From Tubulanus polymorphus (lineage: Eukaryota; Animalia; Nemertea): a stretch of 64,000 nucleotides of DNA. The DNA lies in the NCBI RefSeq assembly GCF_964204645.1, contig NC_134031.1, positions 5,890,001-5,954,000 of the forward strand, written 5' to 3'. This document shows, in pieces, positions 1 through 14,526 of the stretch (position 1 is its first letter; each line of letters opens with the position of its first letter). The notes under the pieces are model-generated. The model saw only the letters and a program-made list of their open reading frames with translations, had not been told where the DNA came from and ran no database searches. The translations under genes and the position numbers were made by a program.

Positions 1-181
1 GATTAAAGATATTTATCTTTTAATAAAGATAATGAAGACTGTGAGCCTTAAGTCTCAGATAAACTTGTACTGAAATAAAGTTACATTGTAACAAATGTGT
101 AACTAAAAATTTGTTACCTAGAAGTTAAGTTTTAACTTTGAAATCAATAAAAGGTGCTATTATTTGATTTATTTTCTTTAG

Positions 182-3100
182 GGGACGTTTGATGAACGAA
201 TTGATAGTTTACAAAACGGAAAAGAGAAATTAACGCGACAGGTCTCGGCGTTGAAGGAACAATTGAACAACGAAGAGAAATTCAGAATATCTCTGGAAGA
301 ATCTCAGAAATCTCTTCTGGAAAGAGTTCAAACCGTCGAAGAGGAACGCGATAAAATCAATAATGAGGTACGTTGAAAACGGCTAATTCGAATTTCGAAC
401 TGATCTCGAAATGCTCACATGGGAGTTCATACGAGTTCTACAATATGAACTAACTCAAAGTAGGGCTTATTCGAAGGCACTTTATGTAAAAAAGGCTGCA
501 AAAACAAAGGCATGATTTGGTCGAAGTCAGGGAAAGAGCTAGTCAAATAAAAAAGGCCGCCCTGTTCTGGAAAAGGATATTTTCCCAGTTAGACTGGCAC
601 TTACTGACTGAACAGTAAAAAAAACCTCAGAGCTTGTCCCGGTATCCACTCCTGATAAGCTGTACTTATAGATTTCTATTGTTCATATGCAATATGGATT
701 AGGATGATTTAAAATTCAATTATCGCAGTGTAAATAATTTGGAAAATGTGCTGATCGAGGGTTAGGTTTTTCAACCTGAAAATGGTGGTCAATGATAATA
801 AGGTGTAGGAATTCTTCCTCTTTCGATCTAATAGTCATTTTGGTAGCGTCGTTTCTGTAATGTTGAAATGAATCATACACAGGTGATCTGTTTGAGAAAT
901 GAATGTACCGGATTCAAGAAGGAGAGCATTATCGCCAACGAAACTACTAAACGTGAAGCGCAACTACGAGAAAAGGCCGAACAGACCATGGTCGAAATAC
1001 TGAAAGATGCTAGTATGTATTATTCATAGATCTTCAGCCTTTCCAAAAGTTGTTGGTTAACCCAAAAATGTGAAATATGATAGGGTTGCTTTTGGAAGCA
1101 TTGTTTTGAATCCCACAGTGACAACACACACTTTTACATACCTTAGTAATCTATAAATAATGGTAATCTAGTCTGGTGAAAAAAAATCGCAATTGTCAGC
1201 AATAATCTGACTTATTAACAGCAAAAAAATTCATTAGTATAATACTGTTATTCTAGTTATCAATAGGCTATCCGAACACTTGCTTTGAAAGCAGTCAGTT
1301 AAACCTAACCAAATGAATAACAATCCCTATTTCAAGGGTCAATCCCTATTTCAAGATCATAAACCATCATAGGGTTCGTACACCTGGATTTCATGGAAAT
1401 TTGGGGTTTTTAGGGGCTTTTCCTGGAAAACTCCTGAAATTTCAGGACCTCGGTCATCCGAATATTTTCTAGATGTTTTTGTGGTCAGTCTAATTAACTA
1501 TTGTTTATTAATTCTTGCCCTTTTTGTTGATTTTAAACTTTATCCAGCCGATAAAAATGAAGAACTGAACACGCTGCAAAATGATAACAGAATGTTACTA
1601 TCGGAAGTCACGAAAATGAAGGGACTTTATCAGGAACTGAATAAACAGTTGGAAGAAATGCAGACAACTTTAGAAGAAAAACAGGTACAAATATGTAGGA
1701 GAAAAGAAATAAAGTTTTTCATATCCAGTCTCATTTGTTGCCTTACTGCCAAGGTATCAAATATCAAGTCCTCAATTCGGCTTTCTTGATGGTTCATGGC
1801 CACTGTGAACTACCTTCTCACTCCCTCTGAGGTTCTGAGGTACTCGGCATCTGAAATACTCTAAATCCTGATCATCTTTGATTCCTATCTATGGTTAACA
1901 GGCTTACATCTGCCATTGATCTTGACACTTTAAAGCGAGCTGAAAAACATATTTGTTTGGGATTCTGTCGTAAATGATTCACTTGGTGGGTTACGTCTGC
2001 CTAAGGTTGAATGAAATCTGCTTCCTGGACCCGCCTGCAAAATAATACCTAATCACTTAGGTATGGCATAGAAGGTGTATTCTATTATTTTACTTTCTCC
2101 AATTTCAAATTTTTTGTAGGCGACATTCGTGAAATTAGATACCGAAAATAAAACCTTACAAGAAGCGTTGAAAGGATCGTCGGAACAAACTGGAAAACTC
2201 GTGCGAGATTACGAAAACAGACTGACCGTAAGAAAAAAGCCGCCGCAGCGAATAAAAGTCCAGTTTACTGGTAGTTATTTATATATTAACCCTTTTCGTA
2301 TTTAGGAAGAAAGAGAAAAATTTCTGCAAGAATTCGACAAACAAGGAAGAGTGATTGAATTGACCGAAAAACTGCGACATTTGACGAAAGACAAGCAACT
2401 TGTGGAGCAGAGAAAGTAAGTCGAGTTCAAATTTGGCTTTAACCCTTTCAGTGATGGATTTGAGGTGTATTGATTTAATAAGTAATTAGTAATTATCTCT
2501 CTTGAAAAATGGCAGCACCCGTCAAACATAGTGAAATACTAGTAACTAACGATACACCGCGCCGCAGTGTAGACGCACTATAGTGGTATTCCCGTTATTC
2601 AACACACTAGGGTGGAATTTTTCAAAATTTTCAAATTATCTCCAGCACTATAGGGTATTGATTAGTCAGCACTGAAAGGGTTAAAGAATTATCAAACGAA
2701 ACTTCATGGAGGGGCGAGTTGCATATTCAAGGTTTTAAGACATAAGACCGGTCTAAGCCCATGTTAGCAAATCCCTTATAGGTTTCAAATGTTTCTGGTT
2801 TCCAATTTCCTAGGGTTTCAATTAATTGTCGTGGTTGTTTCCAATGAAGACCCTAGCGACGTCTATCGGATGTCAGCAGACGACGGCGTATGAATACGTT
2901 CGAAACCCTCAAGTGATGGGCGTTGATATGAACCATGAACATGTATGTCTTAAAAACATACCCCCGTAAACATACGCCCAAAACCTTTAATGGTTTAAGA
3001 CCCGGTCGTAAGATTTAGGACTCGTTATGTTTTATGCTATATTTCACCGAGATGCGGCGTTCTTGCGAAGTCCATAACAAATGTATACACCGCACTGGAG

Positions 3101-6100
3101 TGTAGATGCACCGTAGATGAGACCAGTCCTCATACCCTAGACCCGTTTTACTTTTGCAATATTTCAGTGAACAGTTGAAGAATCAACTCGATGAATTGAG
3201 AGCGAAGATCGACGAGAACGGAGCAGAATTCACGAAATCGCAACGAAACGCGACCGATGAATTAACTCAACTTAAACAACAAATCGAATTGATGGAAAAC
3301 GAGAAAATACGAGCGTTGCAGAGTAAAGATGAATTGTTAGATGAGGTAGGCCCTACAGTGAATATGCGAATCAATGCCAGTATCAGTCTACAGTCCCACA
3401 CGACTGACATTTTCCGATTTCCTGAGTTAGGGCCTTATTTAACAGATTGACTGTACCCGGTAAATTAAATCCTGGAAATGAGTTATTGTCATGGTTTAGA
3501 TTTTTGTTACCACAATCTCCTCCCGGAATCTCCTTAAAAGAACCACAAAATCTGAAATAAAGCAAATATCATTCGGGTCAGAATTTTATGTCTGGTAAAT
3601 CGTTATATCCGAGTTCATTTCACTTACCTGGAAACAGGGAAAAGTCAGGGAATTTTCTTTTCTTTAAAAAGTCAGGAAATTTTGTAAAAAAAAATTAGGG
3701 GGAAAGTCGGAGAAATTTGTTGCGATTGCTAGATTGGGCTTAAATCAAGCTGTTATTTCCATTTATGTCTTACGTAATTGTTTGTTTATTGATCGGATGA
3801 AAAGCAAATCAAGTCATGGAAAACATCGTCTATGTCAGGGAATAGTCAGGGAAAGAGTGAGTCAAATAAAAGTGGCCACCCTGTTCATTTATCGTTCTTT
3901 ATCTACCATCAAGGAAGGCATTAGCCCTATATACAGACAGCCTCTTAGTAGTAGTGGTAGTTGTGCTTCTTTGTTAACCCTTTCAGTGCGTCTACACCAC
4001 AGTGCGGTGTACGAATCAGTGATGGATTTTGCTAGTACACCACACTGCGGTGTATTGATTTAATCAGTAATTACTAATTATCTCTCTTGAAAGATGGCAG
4101 CACCTGTCAAACAAAGTGAAATACTAGTAACTAACGATACACTGCACCGCAGTGTAGACGCACTATAGTGGTATTCCAGTTGTTCAACACACTAGGGTGG
4201 AATTTTTCAGAATTTTCAAATTATCGTCAGCACTATAGGGTATTAATTAGTCAGCACTGAAAGGGTTAAAGAGATTTTCATTTTTAAACTACCCAGATCC
4301 CTTAATGTATAGATACATCATCTCGTTATAGGTGAATAAAACGGTTGAAGATAAGTCCGAACAATACTCGCAGTTAGAGAACGAGCTACTGCAAGCGCGA
4401 ACCGAAATCAAAGCAATTACTTCATCTAAAATGCAGCTGGAAGAAGAGTATAAACGTTTGGAAGCACGTCTGCTGACCGTCGAACAACAAGCTGTAAGTC
4501 ATCTCTGGAGAATTTTTAAATGAAATGAGTTCCCTAGTCTGGCAGTCAGATGTAATATGATATATTTATTTGTAATACATCTTTTTGCCATATTCAACAT
4601 TTACAACAAGAAATTATTATTTCAACAATATGCGCACAATATATATGACTGGATATACTAAAAGCCATATTGGCTGTGAGCCCCTGAGGGGGACAGTATA
4701 CCCAGGAATAAACATAAGAAGTGTGTAATAAAAAGAAGTGCGTAGCTTTGTTACCTCTGATAGAAATTTTCTTCATATGTGCATAATAAACACACTATTT
4801 TTAAGTCTACTCATTGAGATTTTAGAGCTTCGTTGAGTAAGATAAAGTAATTCGACCCATTGTTAGCTTTTCTTCAAATTATGTACTGTTCGTACTAAAT
4901 ACTGGTACCAGTAGTAAACTACTTGCCTTGGTGGTTGAGATTTTATGGTTTCCACTAAATCCGCAAGATTTCTTTTGAGCTCGTGCTCTTTGTATTGCGC
5001 ACCAATTTGCTGGTCTTTAAGCCTGGAACAGACTGGGTGAATATCATGGACAAAGATACGTAATGAATCATGTGATCATTTGATCGACGAATCAGTCTTC
5101 GCTCCAAACTCGCCTAAATGTCTCAACTTGGTCTCAGGGACCCAGTTGCACAGTCGTGAGTTTAGTCCAAAAGTGGTCTTAAATCTTAAGACTGGTCTTA
5201 AGTTGTTAAATCGGCTATAGAACTAAGTTGGTTTTAGACTGGCCTTAAGTCAAAGCCCGACTGCAACTGACCCCAGAATTCAATGGTAGGCAAGACTTTC
5301 TCGTTGAAACTTATCGTTTTTATTCGTCAGGGTAAACACAAACAAGTAGACATAGCGTTTACCGAAATGATGGAGCAGAAGAATCGTCTGGCCTACGACA
5401 AAGGTCGCCTGGAAACGCGAGTCGATCAGTTACAGGCCGAAATTCAAACGCTTTCATTCAAACAAAACGATTTCGTACAATTACAAAAAACAAAAGACGC
5501 CATCGAAACAAAATTCGAAAAGGTAACATATTTTCAGAACGACTCATGACTCGATTTCATGGTTTTAGGAGTTCGGCTCGATTCATTCCGTTCTGTTTCT
5601 AATTCAGGCGCAGGATGAGTTACGTAAAAGTCAGATGCAGACGCAGAAATTGGAATCGCAGCTGAAACAAAGTCATTCGAGCGGCGAGATGAAAGAGAGA
5701 GATTTCGCGTTGGCGTTACAGTCGCGAGACGACGCGATTAAGCAAATAAATCATTTACAGCATCAGTTACAAACGGCGGAAGATCGAGAGAAAAACAAGG
5801 TAAACTTGTGTCTGTTGACCTTATAAGACTACTCTACTTTAAACTTTATTACTGTAGACCACACCTTACTCGGTACTGGTCAACTCCGTAAACAGCTCAC
5901 AGGGTTCTTTGTTTTATCTTAAAGTACAGATTGGCCTAGTTATCTATTTGATTGGTAGATTTTGTTCCATTTGTTTCGATTTGGTGTCCGTTACAAACCC
6001 ACCACATCTGCGGGAGTGAAACAGGGGGTTTACTGATCAGGGAATTCTAGATTCATTTTTCCCTGCGCGAGAAAGCAGGGAGGGGATTTTGACTTGTTTC

Positions 6101-9100
6101 CTGGAAAATCATGAGAAAGTCTGGGATTTTGAAATTTTGAGGTCTTGTTGTTCTTGCTGGTACAAAAAACTTCTTCAGAAGAAAAAGTACCGAGAAATTC
6201 TTATAATCTAATTACGGAATTTTCGATCAAGGGTCAGGGAAATATCAGGAATTATTTGATTCCCCAATCTGTAAAAATCCTAGGCTCAAGTCAGTAATTC
6301 TTTCGTAGATGTATTTGGAAAAGTCGCATGAATGCAATGATTTATTGTTTCCGTTTGCATTAATGACTTGCGATATTTCTGATATTTGTGCAGATACAAA
6401 ATTTGACTAAGTCATTAGAACTGGCTCAAGATGATGGACAGAAAATCGCGTCGACGCTCGAATCGGTCATGTGTTCTCATAGTAAACTACAATCAAGCGT
6501 CGAAAAATTACAAACGCAACTTGGTCAGAAAGATTCCGAAATTGCTCAGCTCAAATTTGACAGGTAACACGCAATAGCTGGCTTTTGCTGGTTTCGAACG
6601 CAGTTGGGGCTTATTATAATAATTGATGATAATTTCATTTGACTACATTATAAGATAAGGTTGCTTTTACAATTCAAGCCTTTAGGGCTCTACTTACAAA
6701 TTGCAAGACACTGAACCCAAGTGAAATAGATACATGTACATCCAAGGAGGGTGCAATAGAGACAAGAAGGAAATGGCTTGCGACCGTTTCGAAACAATGC
6801 ATGTCTATCACTTAGTTCGGGGTATCGTTTATAATATCAGGGGACAGAATCAATCGTCGTTGACGCAGATGAGAAAACAGTTTGAAGATTTGCAGAAGAA
6901 ATACTCGGACATCGAGACAATGGAATCAAGAGAAGTACGTTAAAATCGATATATTAGATATTTACTTCAAGAGTGGTACGAGTGGCAGGGGAGAAAAGGG
7001 AAATCATGTCGCCCCTCCCATAAGTAATGGCAGCTTCCATTCTCAAACCATATCTACATTTAAACTTCCAAAACTCTCCATGGCTCAGTGCTGTTCAGTG
7101 CAGGAGAAAGGAAATACAAAAATACTGAATCATGTTTGATGTTGGAAATATCCTTGGGCCAGATGCTCAAAAGTTGGTTAGAGTTAACCAGTGGATAGTT
7201 GACATAGTGACAATTAAAAGTTCATTGTTACTATGGTATTTATTCGCTGGTTATGTTTAACCAACTTTTGTTTCTCGTTTCGCGTATACTAACGTGACAC
7301 AGGTAAACTCTCGACAACATGTTTCTGTCTCCTATTTCCGTGTTTCCCTGCATAGTCATCCTCGCTTGCCATGGTTTGATTGCTTTCCGCTGAAGCTCTA
7401 AAGATATATCTAAACTCATTCATGAATTTCACACATGAATCTTAATTCGGGGGGACTGTCGGACAATCTCCAGTCCACTTTTGACGATAAAAGACATCGT
7501 GAATCCTACATTACAGATCGGTCCACTGAGGGACGCTCTGGAACAAGCTCGACAAGATAACACTAAGATGGCCGGTACTTTAGAGAGTTTACTGCAAACG
7601 AATGACCAGCTGCGATCGTCTGTCGACCATCTGCATGATGATTTGGAGCAGAAAACCTACCTCATGGAGCAGTTTAAAACTTCACGGTAGCTACAAACGT
7701 AGAAAACTTGAGTGAAGTTAAATATTTTGCTATATTTCGGTTTCAAATGGTAAATTTTTTCTGTATTCGTAGAGAGCAATTAGAAAATGAGAACAAACGA
7801 GAAATTCAGCAATACGAGGAAAGATTGACGAATCTGAAAGAGCGCTTGGAGAAAGATCGCAAAGAATCGTTGAAAAAGAGTTCGAAAGAGCTGAACGATG
7901 TGAGTCGAGTTGAAACTTTCTTCGAATATCTCGACCTACAAATCCAATTTATCCATAGTGGGATGAATCGAATAGGAGAATAATGAATGCCACTTGCTTT
8001 TTCCGCAATCAACAGAATCCTGATTGAAAGTGGCCATAAGCTCTTTGGCATGCAGAGATAAGTGGGCAGCTCGATGGGTTGTTACGGATGGGTCATACTT
8101 GGCTGCTCGCTAAGCCGTGATCACACAGATTTGATTCGGATCAGACCTGAATCAAATTTGGCTAGTCCCTAATTTAGAGAGCACATTCACCACACGTAAA
8201 CTACTCACTCGATACTAAACAATGCCGTGACGGGTCCATTTGGCACCCGAGTGAACAGTTTGTCTGTGCAAAAAAACATTTGCGTGATCACGGCTCAGGT
8301 GTATTAAGGCAAACGGACGGCACAGATAAACAGATAAAAGCTGATCTTCTGTACATCTCTGAGTACATGTCCATCATAATGGGCATTATAAGTATTTCAA
8401 ATTGTATGAATTTGTACCAGTGACCGTTGAATTCGAATTTTCAGATGAAACGTCAAAATGAAAGTTTAACGACGAAAAACGGAGAACTATCGAGGACGAA
8501 CACCGACCTACGACACAGACTCACCGAACTGGAATACCAGATCAAAGATCTCAAAGTGAAACTCGGGGCACAACGAGCCCAAATCGAGACGGGAATCAAA
8601 ACGAAAAAACAATACGACGAACTAGTTCAAAAATTTCAGGTAAGTGTGGAAGAATGGTAGAAGACATTGGGCGCTCTCTCAGCTTCCAAAAAAAGATAAT
8701 ACCTGTTATTATTTGGATTGTTTTTATGACATGTTAATGAGGAGTGGTTCGGGCCTTTTAATGGGATGCCAGGTCATGGTCAAGCCCAACATAATACTGT
8801 AGTGTCCCTGACATTTATCTTTATTGCCTTTAGCCCCCTAGGAGAGAGGCAATGAATTGTGTTAGTACGCCGCTGATCGCTAGTTGTAGCAATCCGGATG
8901 TTTCTTCTCCCCAGGGAGACATGAAATAGACTCAGTAAGAGGAATCGGCTAGTTAATGATACAAGTGCCACCTCCTAGCGAGTGATGACTGATTTAGACT
9001 AGGGATGATAACACAAATGTATCTAACTAATCGTATTCATTGTCTGATTGGCACTCGGAATACTCTTGAATTATCATGACATTGAAATTTAAAGTTTTAT

Positions 9101-11003
9101 ATATGCTTTATTTATAGAAAGTTCATGTCGATCTGGATAATTTGGACAAGGCCAAAGATACATATGTGCGAAAAAATCAAGAACAGGTTACTATTTCAGC
9201 TTATTCGCGATGTTGTAATTATTAATGTCGTTGCTTGAAATTCGTTGACAAATTTCCTCAATTTCAGGCGAAGACTATCGAGAACTTTTTATCGGAAATA
9301 ACGATGCTTCGAGCAGAACTGAGCACGCTGTCGCGGACAGCCGTGGAAACCGGGTCGCTGCTGCAGCAGAACGAACGGGAACTAGAGCTGGAACGTCGCG
9401 AAAACGAGGACCTCGCGAGAAAGCTGCAGAGTTCGAAACATCGCGAAATCGAATTACAAAAGCTCAGCAAACAGATGGAAGCCAAGTTACATCAAGCCGG
9501 ACAAGAATCGAACAAGGTAGATAGAAATCGTATGGAATCGAGGTTTTCCGAACAGAAAACATTCATTAGTTTTAGGAATTTAATTCTTAGTACAAAGAAT
9601 TCTTCATGTTGCAATTCCGCATTCGCATTTTTCAGATTTTAAACAGCGTTCAAGATGCGCAGGATTGGTTTAAAACAAAGTTCTATAATCTACAACACGA
9701 ACTAGACAAATCCAGGTACGATTTTCAGGGCAGGTTTTGCGAATTAAAATAATCGCGATTCATACCTGAACAACGGTTTGAATTTCATCGGTCCAATTTG
9801 TAAAATTTCTAGACAAGCTCACGATGAACTGGAAAAGAAAACCATCAAACAGAAAATCGAGATATTTCACGAGAAAGATAAAGCGAAAGAAGTCGCCGAA
9901 AAGGCTCGAGAAATGCTACGGGTAGGTTTTAAGAAAAAGTTCATTTAAAAAGAGGCGTAATAGGTTCACTTATGTACAAACAACAACTCCTTGATTCATT
10001 AAAGATTCCTTCTAAACAGGAAATGCTTTTAAAGGTGCCTGAAACTCCTTTAATTTGAGAAATACGTACCGGTAATTAGGAATGTTAGTCGCTGTACAGT
10101 AAACTAAGTCTAAATCGGTACACTTGGACGAGAATTTTTATCGAATTAGAAACTGAATTCAGGTAATGTGTAGGATAAGAATTTGCTTACAATATAAAAC
10201 CACTGATTTAATGGTTTACCGAGATGTACAGTACCGTCTTGTAATTGGGATATGAAAGTGGTACGGACGCTTCCTTGAAATTTTCCCCTCTGGAAAGACT
10301 GGCCTGTAGGGACCTCTTGGTAAACTAGATATTTTGTCACTCAATCGCTTAATCATTTTGATTATTTCTTGTCAGACAAGTCGACTTACTATCAGCAAAC
10401 TGGCGGATTACGCAGAACTGACTAAAGACGAAACCAAACACAAAATGGAAGACATGTACCATAAACTGGAGATGAAAGAACAAGAAAGTTTCATACAACA
10501 GCAAAATCTTCAACAATACATTCAGGTATTTATCCCTAGGCCTGTTTCTACTGCTTTCAGTGAAATTTGACTCAATAGTTAACTATCTGAGATGGCGCAA
10601 GTTAACTTAAACTTAGAACTGTGCCCTAAGCAATAGAAAATTTAAGACTTGAAAGGTAAGTATTTCCTTTGTGTTTCATGCACAGTGTAAACTAAAAACA
10701 TGAATTAACAATAAGTACCAGTGAAACAGGTGCTTGGTTATGAATCTACAATTAGATTACATTCGCTTTAGCTTAGCAGACGTGAAGTGGCAAGCATAAG
10801 CGTATCCGATTTCAATTTTGCTTTCATATCTTCCTTCATTTTCGCGATTATTCTAGGAGAACAGCATTCGACACGCGGAAGAGATGTCGAAATCGTTCGA
10901 TGAATATCGCTCTTCGACGCCGGTCGAAAACGACGCCCTCTACAGATCATTACTCGCACATGACGATGACGTGGTTTACAGCATGTTAAATTCTGACGAA
11001 TGA
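182..11003 (+). CDS. CCDC150: Coiled-coil domain-containing protein 150 orthologue, 5'-partial, 20 exons in window
   Basis: Exons traced with GT-AG sites and consistent phase: 182-367, 883-1012, 1548-1684, 2120-2227, 2306-2415, 3168-3345, 4332-4493, 5331-5522, 5608-5799, 6394-6563, 6841-6934, 7517-7686, 7773-7899, 8445-8639, 9118-9186, 9268-9516, 9636-9715, 9813-9921, 10376-10525, 10857-11003 (TGA 11001-11003). Total 2955 nt. E/K/Q/L-rich heptads throughout. Peptides KIASTLESVMCSHSKLQSSVEKLQTQLGQKDSEI, LEQARQDNTKMAGTLESLLQTN, ELSRTNTDLRHRLTELE, KNQEQAKTIENF and AQDWFKTKF resemble vertebrate CCDC150 as I recall it (not searched). Confidence 0.85.
2439..2684 (+). mobile_element. piggyBac-like MITE family A (internally deleted copy)
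   Basis: TTAA-CCCTTTCAGTG...CACTGAAAGGG-TTAA; same body as other copies. Confidence 0.85.
3974..4269 (+). mobile_element. piggyBac-like MITE family A
   Basis: TTAA TSD, TIR CCCTTTCAGTGC, internal TACACCGCAGTGCGGTGTA-type palindromes. Confidence 0.9.
5138..5273. mobile_element. Harbinger-like palindromic MITE (CCAGTTGCACAGTC family)
   Basis: TIRs GGACCCAGTTGCA / TGCAACTGACCC, flanked by CAG on both sides, internal TAAGAC/GTCTTA repeats. Confidence 0.7.
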
Positions 11004-11693
11004 GCAGAAGACTCCAAGAAGTAATGATTCCTTAAACTCTGATATTTTGGACCGACTTGTGACATTTTGTGATTCCTAACGTATATTCTGTTCCTTAACT
11101 CGAACATTCGCTTAACCCAGGGTTGTTACAAAAGACCTTTGTCAACGGTATTGATCATTATAAAAAACTTAGCGATGTGTAACTTCTGGGATGGAATGTA
11201 ACTTTGGAAATGGAAAAAGTATGGAGAATGAAATTGCTTAACCTGTAAGAACCCTGTAATAACATTTGACCAATGTTCCCGGTGCCAGTTCGTCCAAATT
11301 TGGCAAGTTCCCTGTGTATATACTTGGGGTCATAAATATTGTGCCAGACCCACTTTTGGTAGGTGGGAGTTTTGGCCAGAGAACTGATTGATTTTATTTT
11401 CATGTACATTATACCTCAAGCTGCATTTAGATTAGAATTTACCATACCTGTATGATCCTAGTTAGTCTTACATATCAATGAATGTTTACTTTTCCTGTAT
11501 TGTTTTCTATTTTATACGTATTAGCAAAAATATTAAGAGACAAAGAATGTATTTTCGATATTAGAAATGATAGTAGCAATGGTATATGGGTAAATAGTGA
11601 TAATATATTTTATGTCTTAATTTATTTTTGTAATCCGGGGAGGACTGCTGGACAGTCTCCACCGCGGGGCGGATAAGCCTTTTTACTTTTGAT

Positions 11694-11699
11694 AATAAA
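11694..11699 (+). promoter_or_regulatory. Candidate polyadenylation signal of CCDC150
   Basis: AATAAA about 690 nt after the stop codon, followed by a GT/T-rich tract (11720-11765). Confidence 0.5.
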
Positions 11700-11806
11700 C
11701 AATATCATGTTTGAATACAATTATTTGTTATTGTTTTAAGTGTTGTTTTCAAGTAGAGTTTTCTTCAAAATGTTGCCCAATCTCATCACAGCGATCTATT
11801 TTATTA

Positions 11807-11971
11807 GGGGTCATTCATTTATTACGTACGCATCAAGGGAGGGGGGAGGCGTCAGTGCAATTGCGTACTGTAATGCTTAATGTATATGAAAAAATGGCCG
11901 ATTTTGCGTACAGAGGGGGAGGGGGGTTGAAAAATTCAAATTTTATGCGAATGTAATAAATGAATGATCCC
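11807..11971. mobile_element. PIF/Harbinger-like MITE, TTA TSD
   Basis: GGGGTCATTCATTTATTACGTACGCAT ... ATGCGAATGTAATAAATGAATGATCCC, TTA on both flanks. A related element lies at about 14872-15305. Confidence 0.75.
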
Positions 11972-12926
11972 TTAGGAGAGTAGGTAGCTACTCATTATGC
12001 CAAGTTTTGAATATCAGTGTCTTAATGATGTTAACTTGTCCTTTTGCAATTAGTTTCTTCTTGATATCATTGCAATTTACTGTGATCATAACGACCCGAA
12101 GTTCAATGACTCTCAAAGTGAAAGCAACTTATGGTAAAGTGAGGACGCGTTTATTGCCAGACCTAAGCCCATCTGCAGTCGATCTTCATTGATGGAGTCC
12201 AGCCAGTCTCTGTCAGTCGCAGCTTGTCAGTTACGACAGGGAGAGACAGAAAGTAAAGCACGCGCGACTCATCGCTTTGAAACTGGCGCGTTGCAGTCTC
12301 AAGGCCCGGTGCACAGGTCGACAAAACTGCACAACGCGATTGTTGCTGGCTAAGAGAATCGCGAGGCAACACGAATTAGATTATGATTTGCTTTTGTAAT
12401 CAAGAATTAATTAGACAAGATGAACGTGCACAATAATTTTACTGATGGGAAAGCGACTACATCAGCTCGTTTTCAGAGACGTTTCATTCATCAATACCTT
12501 ACCTTAAAGTTCTCAAGCGTGAATATGCCACAATGCAAAGAGATCACAGCATCATTCTGCCAATGGTCTTCCAGAGTTCACAAGAGACGTTTGTAACCAA
12601 ATGGATTTTTCCACCATCAAAAGTGATAATCAAGTGATAATTGAGACATTTTATAGTAATAGCGGTTGTCCTACATCTTAAGATTGGTATCAAGTTGCTA
12701 GATTGGCTACTGAACTAAGTTGGCCTTAGGCTGAACAGGCATCAGATCCCAGTTCCACAGTTGTGAGTAACAGTTAATCGGAGTTGAAATCAGTTCATTT
12801 TCAATGAGTTTTAGTTAAATCTTAACTCAGAACTGTTGAACTGGACCCTGGGCTACAGTAGGCGTAGTTTTGTATCCGAGATATTGTCCAGAGTTTAACA
12901 AAATTAGTTTTACATAATATCTGTCC

Positions 12927-13095
12927 CGTATCCCAAAAAATGCAGAGATGACCCCTCCTGGTAGATGTAGGCGTGGCCATCCTAAAACTACATAGAGACG
13001 AACCATCACCGGGCTCAACACACAGCTAAGGACCAGTCCAAGAGGAAGAAGTTTGTCACGGCCTTATGTCCCAGAAGGGATGGAGAGGATAAAAT
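12927..13095 (+). mobile_element. Degenerate RTE-clade LINE 3' end
   Basis: Fragments TPPGRCRRGHPKTT*RRT and AKDQSKRKKFVTALCPRRDGED match the RTE ORF C-terminal pattern (P.G.R..GRP..TW / A.DR..W...V.ALC). Confidence 0.7.
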
Positions 13096-14377
13096 CAGTA
13101 GATATCGCTGAGAACGAACAAAAAACAACAACCAAAATCTCGAGTTAAGATTTTGTTTTTATTTCATAGTCTCACCAACACCTTTCGATAAACTGACAAG
13201 GTTCTTTAATTTATTTAACAATAGATGGCGCAAACAAGCGTAATACACATGCGAAAGATGATACGTTGTATACATACTATATATTTTAAATATATGAAGA
13301 ATTGTCGAATACATTATCCATAGATGACGAAAACATTTTTTAGATCTTTTATTGCTCTTGTGAAGCGACGAAGATGAGATCAAAAGATGCAATAAAATTT
13401 GAGCTTATACAATTGAAAGTTTAAAATACATGTGTGTATATATATATATATATATAGATATATTTATGTATTAGGGACCTTTATGGCGATTGTTGCGAAG
13501 ATCAACGAAATGTATATAAAATCTGTCAATAGTAAAACAATACAACATTATACAGTGTGAAGTGTTGAGAAATAATTGCGAATACATTATTTGAATACAG
13601 CTTCATTTTCTCACTTTTTTTTTAAACAATTATCATAGATGCATTTTAGATGCGAGTTGAACAACTCGGTGCAATTAACAGAACGCGATGTACAGACTGT
13701 TCAAGATGGCGCACCTCAGAAATCCTCGATATCATCATCAAATTCCCTAGCAGATCCTTTGACAGTCAACTTTTTGCATGAGTCTATAGATCAAATCACA
13801 AATTACGATAGGTAATTTGATAACCATATCGGAGGAATTTTGGATAACGGCCATCTTTTATGAAAAGGTATCTAGTGAAAACAACTCTGAGTGAACTAAA
13901 TAAACCATTGTAGCTACGGAGCACTCTAGCTCTACTCTGATCAACAAGAATCAGGTTCTATTAATAGTTCTGTCTAGATTCAATTCCGGTGGTCATATTT
14001 TGACAGAGAACTGGCTACTTAATCTACAGCGACAATGAGGCGATAAATATCTGTACAACAATTCATTGGCATAGTGACACATTAAGTAAAGTTACAGCGC
14101 GACAAAAAGTTTGTGGTCAATCGTATGAAAAATATACAGCAATATTCACAACCTTTTAAAATGTAAGATAGTTTCTCGGTAAAAAGAGCATTGAACCGGG
14201 ACGCAGTTTAAGTACACAGATTTATAAATATACACGAGAAATTCGTAACGAAGCTTTATTTCCGTATCGCGGTCATCTTAATGTCGAACGCATCGGCGTC
14301 GAAATTTTCACGAATTTGTTTCTCAGAATCAGATCGAAAGAGAATAAACTAGCTATCAAAACTTGAGAAATAAACTA

Positions 14378-14526
14378 CAGTGAACCTAGTCTTACTCGGA
14401 CGTGGCCAACTCTTTTGATTAAAATCGGACAAAACCGAAATCACTTTTCCAACTTCCTAGCGTATTTCCCTATCCTTACCTCAGACCAAGTTCGCCAGCC
14501 CAGCCCAAGTTAGGCAAGGTTTACTA
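14378..14526 (+). mobile_element. Tc1/mariner-like MITE (CAGTGAACCT family)
   Basis: TA flanks and CAGTGAACCT terminus; homologous to 16466-16626. Confidence 0.65.

Noticed and set aside
2845-2912. CAGACGA...CGAAAC hammerhead-like pattern
   Set aside because: Core is mutated and no flanking palindrome or stem I could be established.
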